From contig NC_047067.1 in NCBI RefSeq assembly GCF_902459465.1, forward strand, positions 19,778,001 to 19,842,000: DNA of 64,000 nt, given 5' to 3'. The notes beneath the pieces were generated by a model. That model was not told where the DNA came from and did not search any database. It worked only from the letters and a program-made list of their open reading frames with translations. The translations under genes were made by a program, and so were the position numbers. Positions within the stretch are counted from its first letter, which is position 1; every line of letters starts with the position of its first letter. Shown here piece after piece: positions 63,072 to 64,000 of this stretch. Source of the DNA: Asterias rubens. Lineage: Eukaryota.

Positions 63072-64000
63072 CTGCAAGAAAAAAAAAAAGAACAGAAAAA
63101 TCCACATTTAGATAACATTTTAATAGTCAAACACATTTTTGGCAGTGAAAGTATCTCCAATATTGCATTTTTTATCGGCACATACTGATTTATCTACTTT
63201 CCAAGACCAAGAACATTGTCGTACATGGTCGTACATTACTTCAACCACCTAAACAAATAAATAAATCAATCATCTAAAACAACATTGACATTGGCAAGTG
63301 TATGGGAACTGTCACAGCTCAAGAACCGTCGATAGTCTGGCTGCTCAGGAATTAAATCTGTAAACTTAGTAAATTTACAGAAGCAAGACCTTTCAACAGC
63401 AGCTACTGGTTAAACATAATTTATATCTTGCTCTCTCACAAATGCAACACCAAAATTGTAAATTAATAGCGGCACAAAATATGACGGCTCAGGCTGGCAC
63501 CATAACACACTTGTCTTTATCTTCAGGAGTTTTAGCACTTTTGGCCTCCTCGGATGTCTGGGAAATGTTGCTCAACATTGTTGTTGAGGTAAAGAAATGT
63601 TCAACGGGACAGTCTTAAAGAAAGATTTATAGAAATATTTCCAAAAGTTTGACACAAGGCTATAAACTATGTTACAAAAAACACACCCTTTTTCCATTGG
63701 AAAATAACCACCTGTCATTTTTAGCATTATGTATCACAAAAATGAGTCAATGTTTACTTTTGATGATCCAGTTTTGTAACAAGGAATACTCTACCATCAC
63801 AACTGAAACATCAACTCATTCCAAACTTTCCGAGTCTAAATTAAAAAACTCATCTGGACCTAATTTCATAAAGCCGCTAAGCAGAAAATACAGCTCGACA
63901 AATGATTATGCTAAGCAAAACAGGAGTGGGGCACAAGTCAAAACAATGTCAACTTCATGTAGTTTCAGCTGGTAACCCGTTTCTGTGCTTAGCAAGTTTT

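Overview
AT-rich eukaryotic (invertebrate deuterostome-like, probably echinoderm; inferred from intron-exon structure, gene content and repeat style) genomic window. No prokaryotic systems or CRISPR arrays. Three conserved genes are recognisable, all on the minus strand: the last two coding exons of a Greatwall/MASTL kinase (2176-2222, 4794-4904), a complete FRS2/3-like FGFR adaptor (four coding exons, 15170-19908) and the last two coding exons of a D-type cyclin (54136-54372, 62941-63071). The main mobile element is an apparently intact, young Penelope-like retroelement (6246-10098). It has an RT plus GIY-YIG ORF, a retained 5' intron, two identical 82-bp terminal repeats each holding a non-canonical hammerhead-ribozyme-like motif, and a 12-bp target duplication inside a small MITE. 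Other features: a ~1.55-kb tandem array of 69-bp tRNA-like heads just behind the Greatwall stop codon, many MITE/SINE copies, further hammerhead-like remnants (including a 209-bp tandem pair) and a 60-bp foldback element. The most intriguing points are the U3-A8 hammerhead variant, the absence of upstream kinase exons for Greatwall (with a frame-compatible chimeric splice path), the tRNA-head array, and FRS-cyclin D linkage. All calls are by eye; no searches were run.
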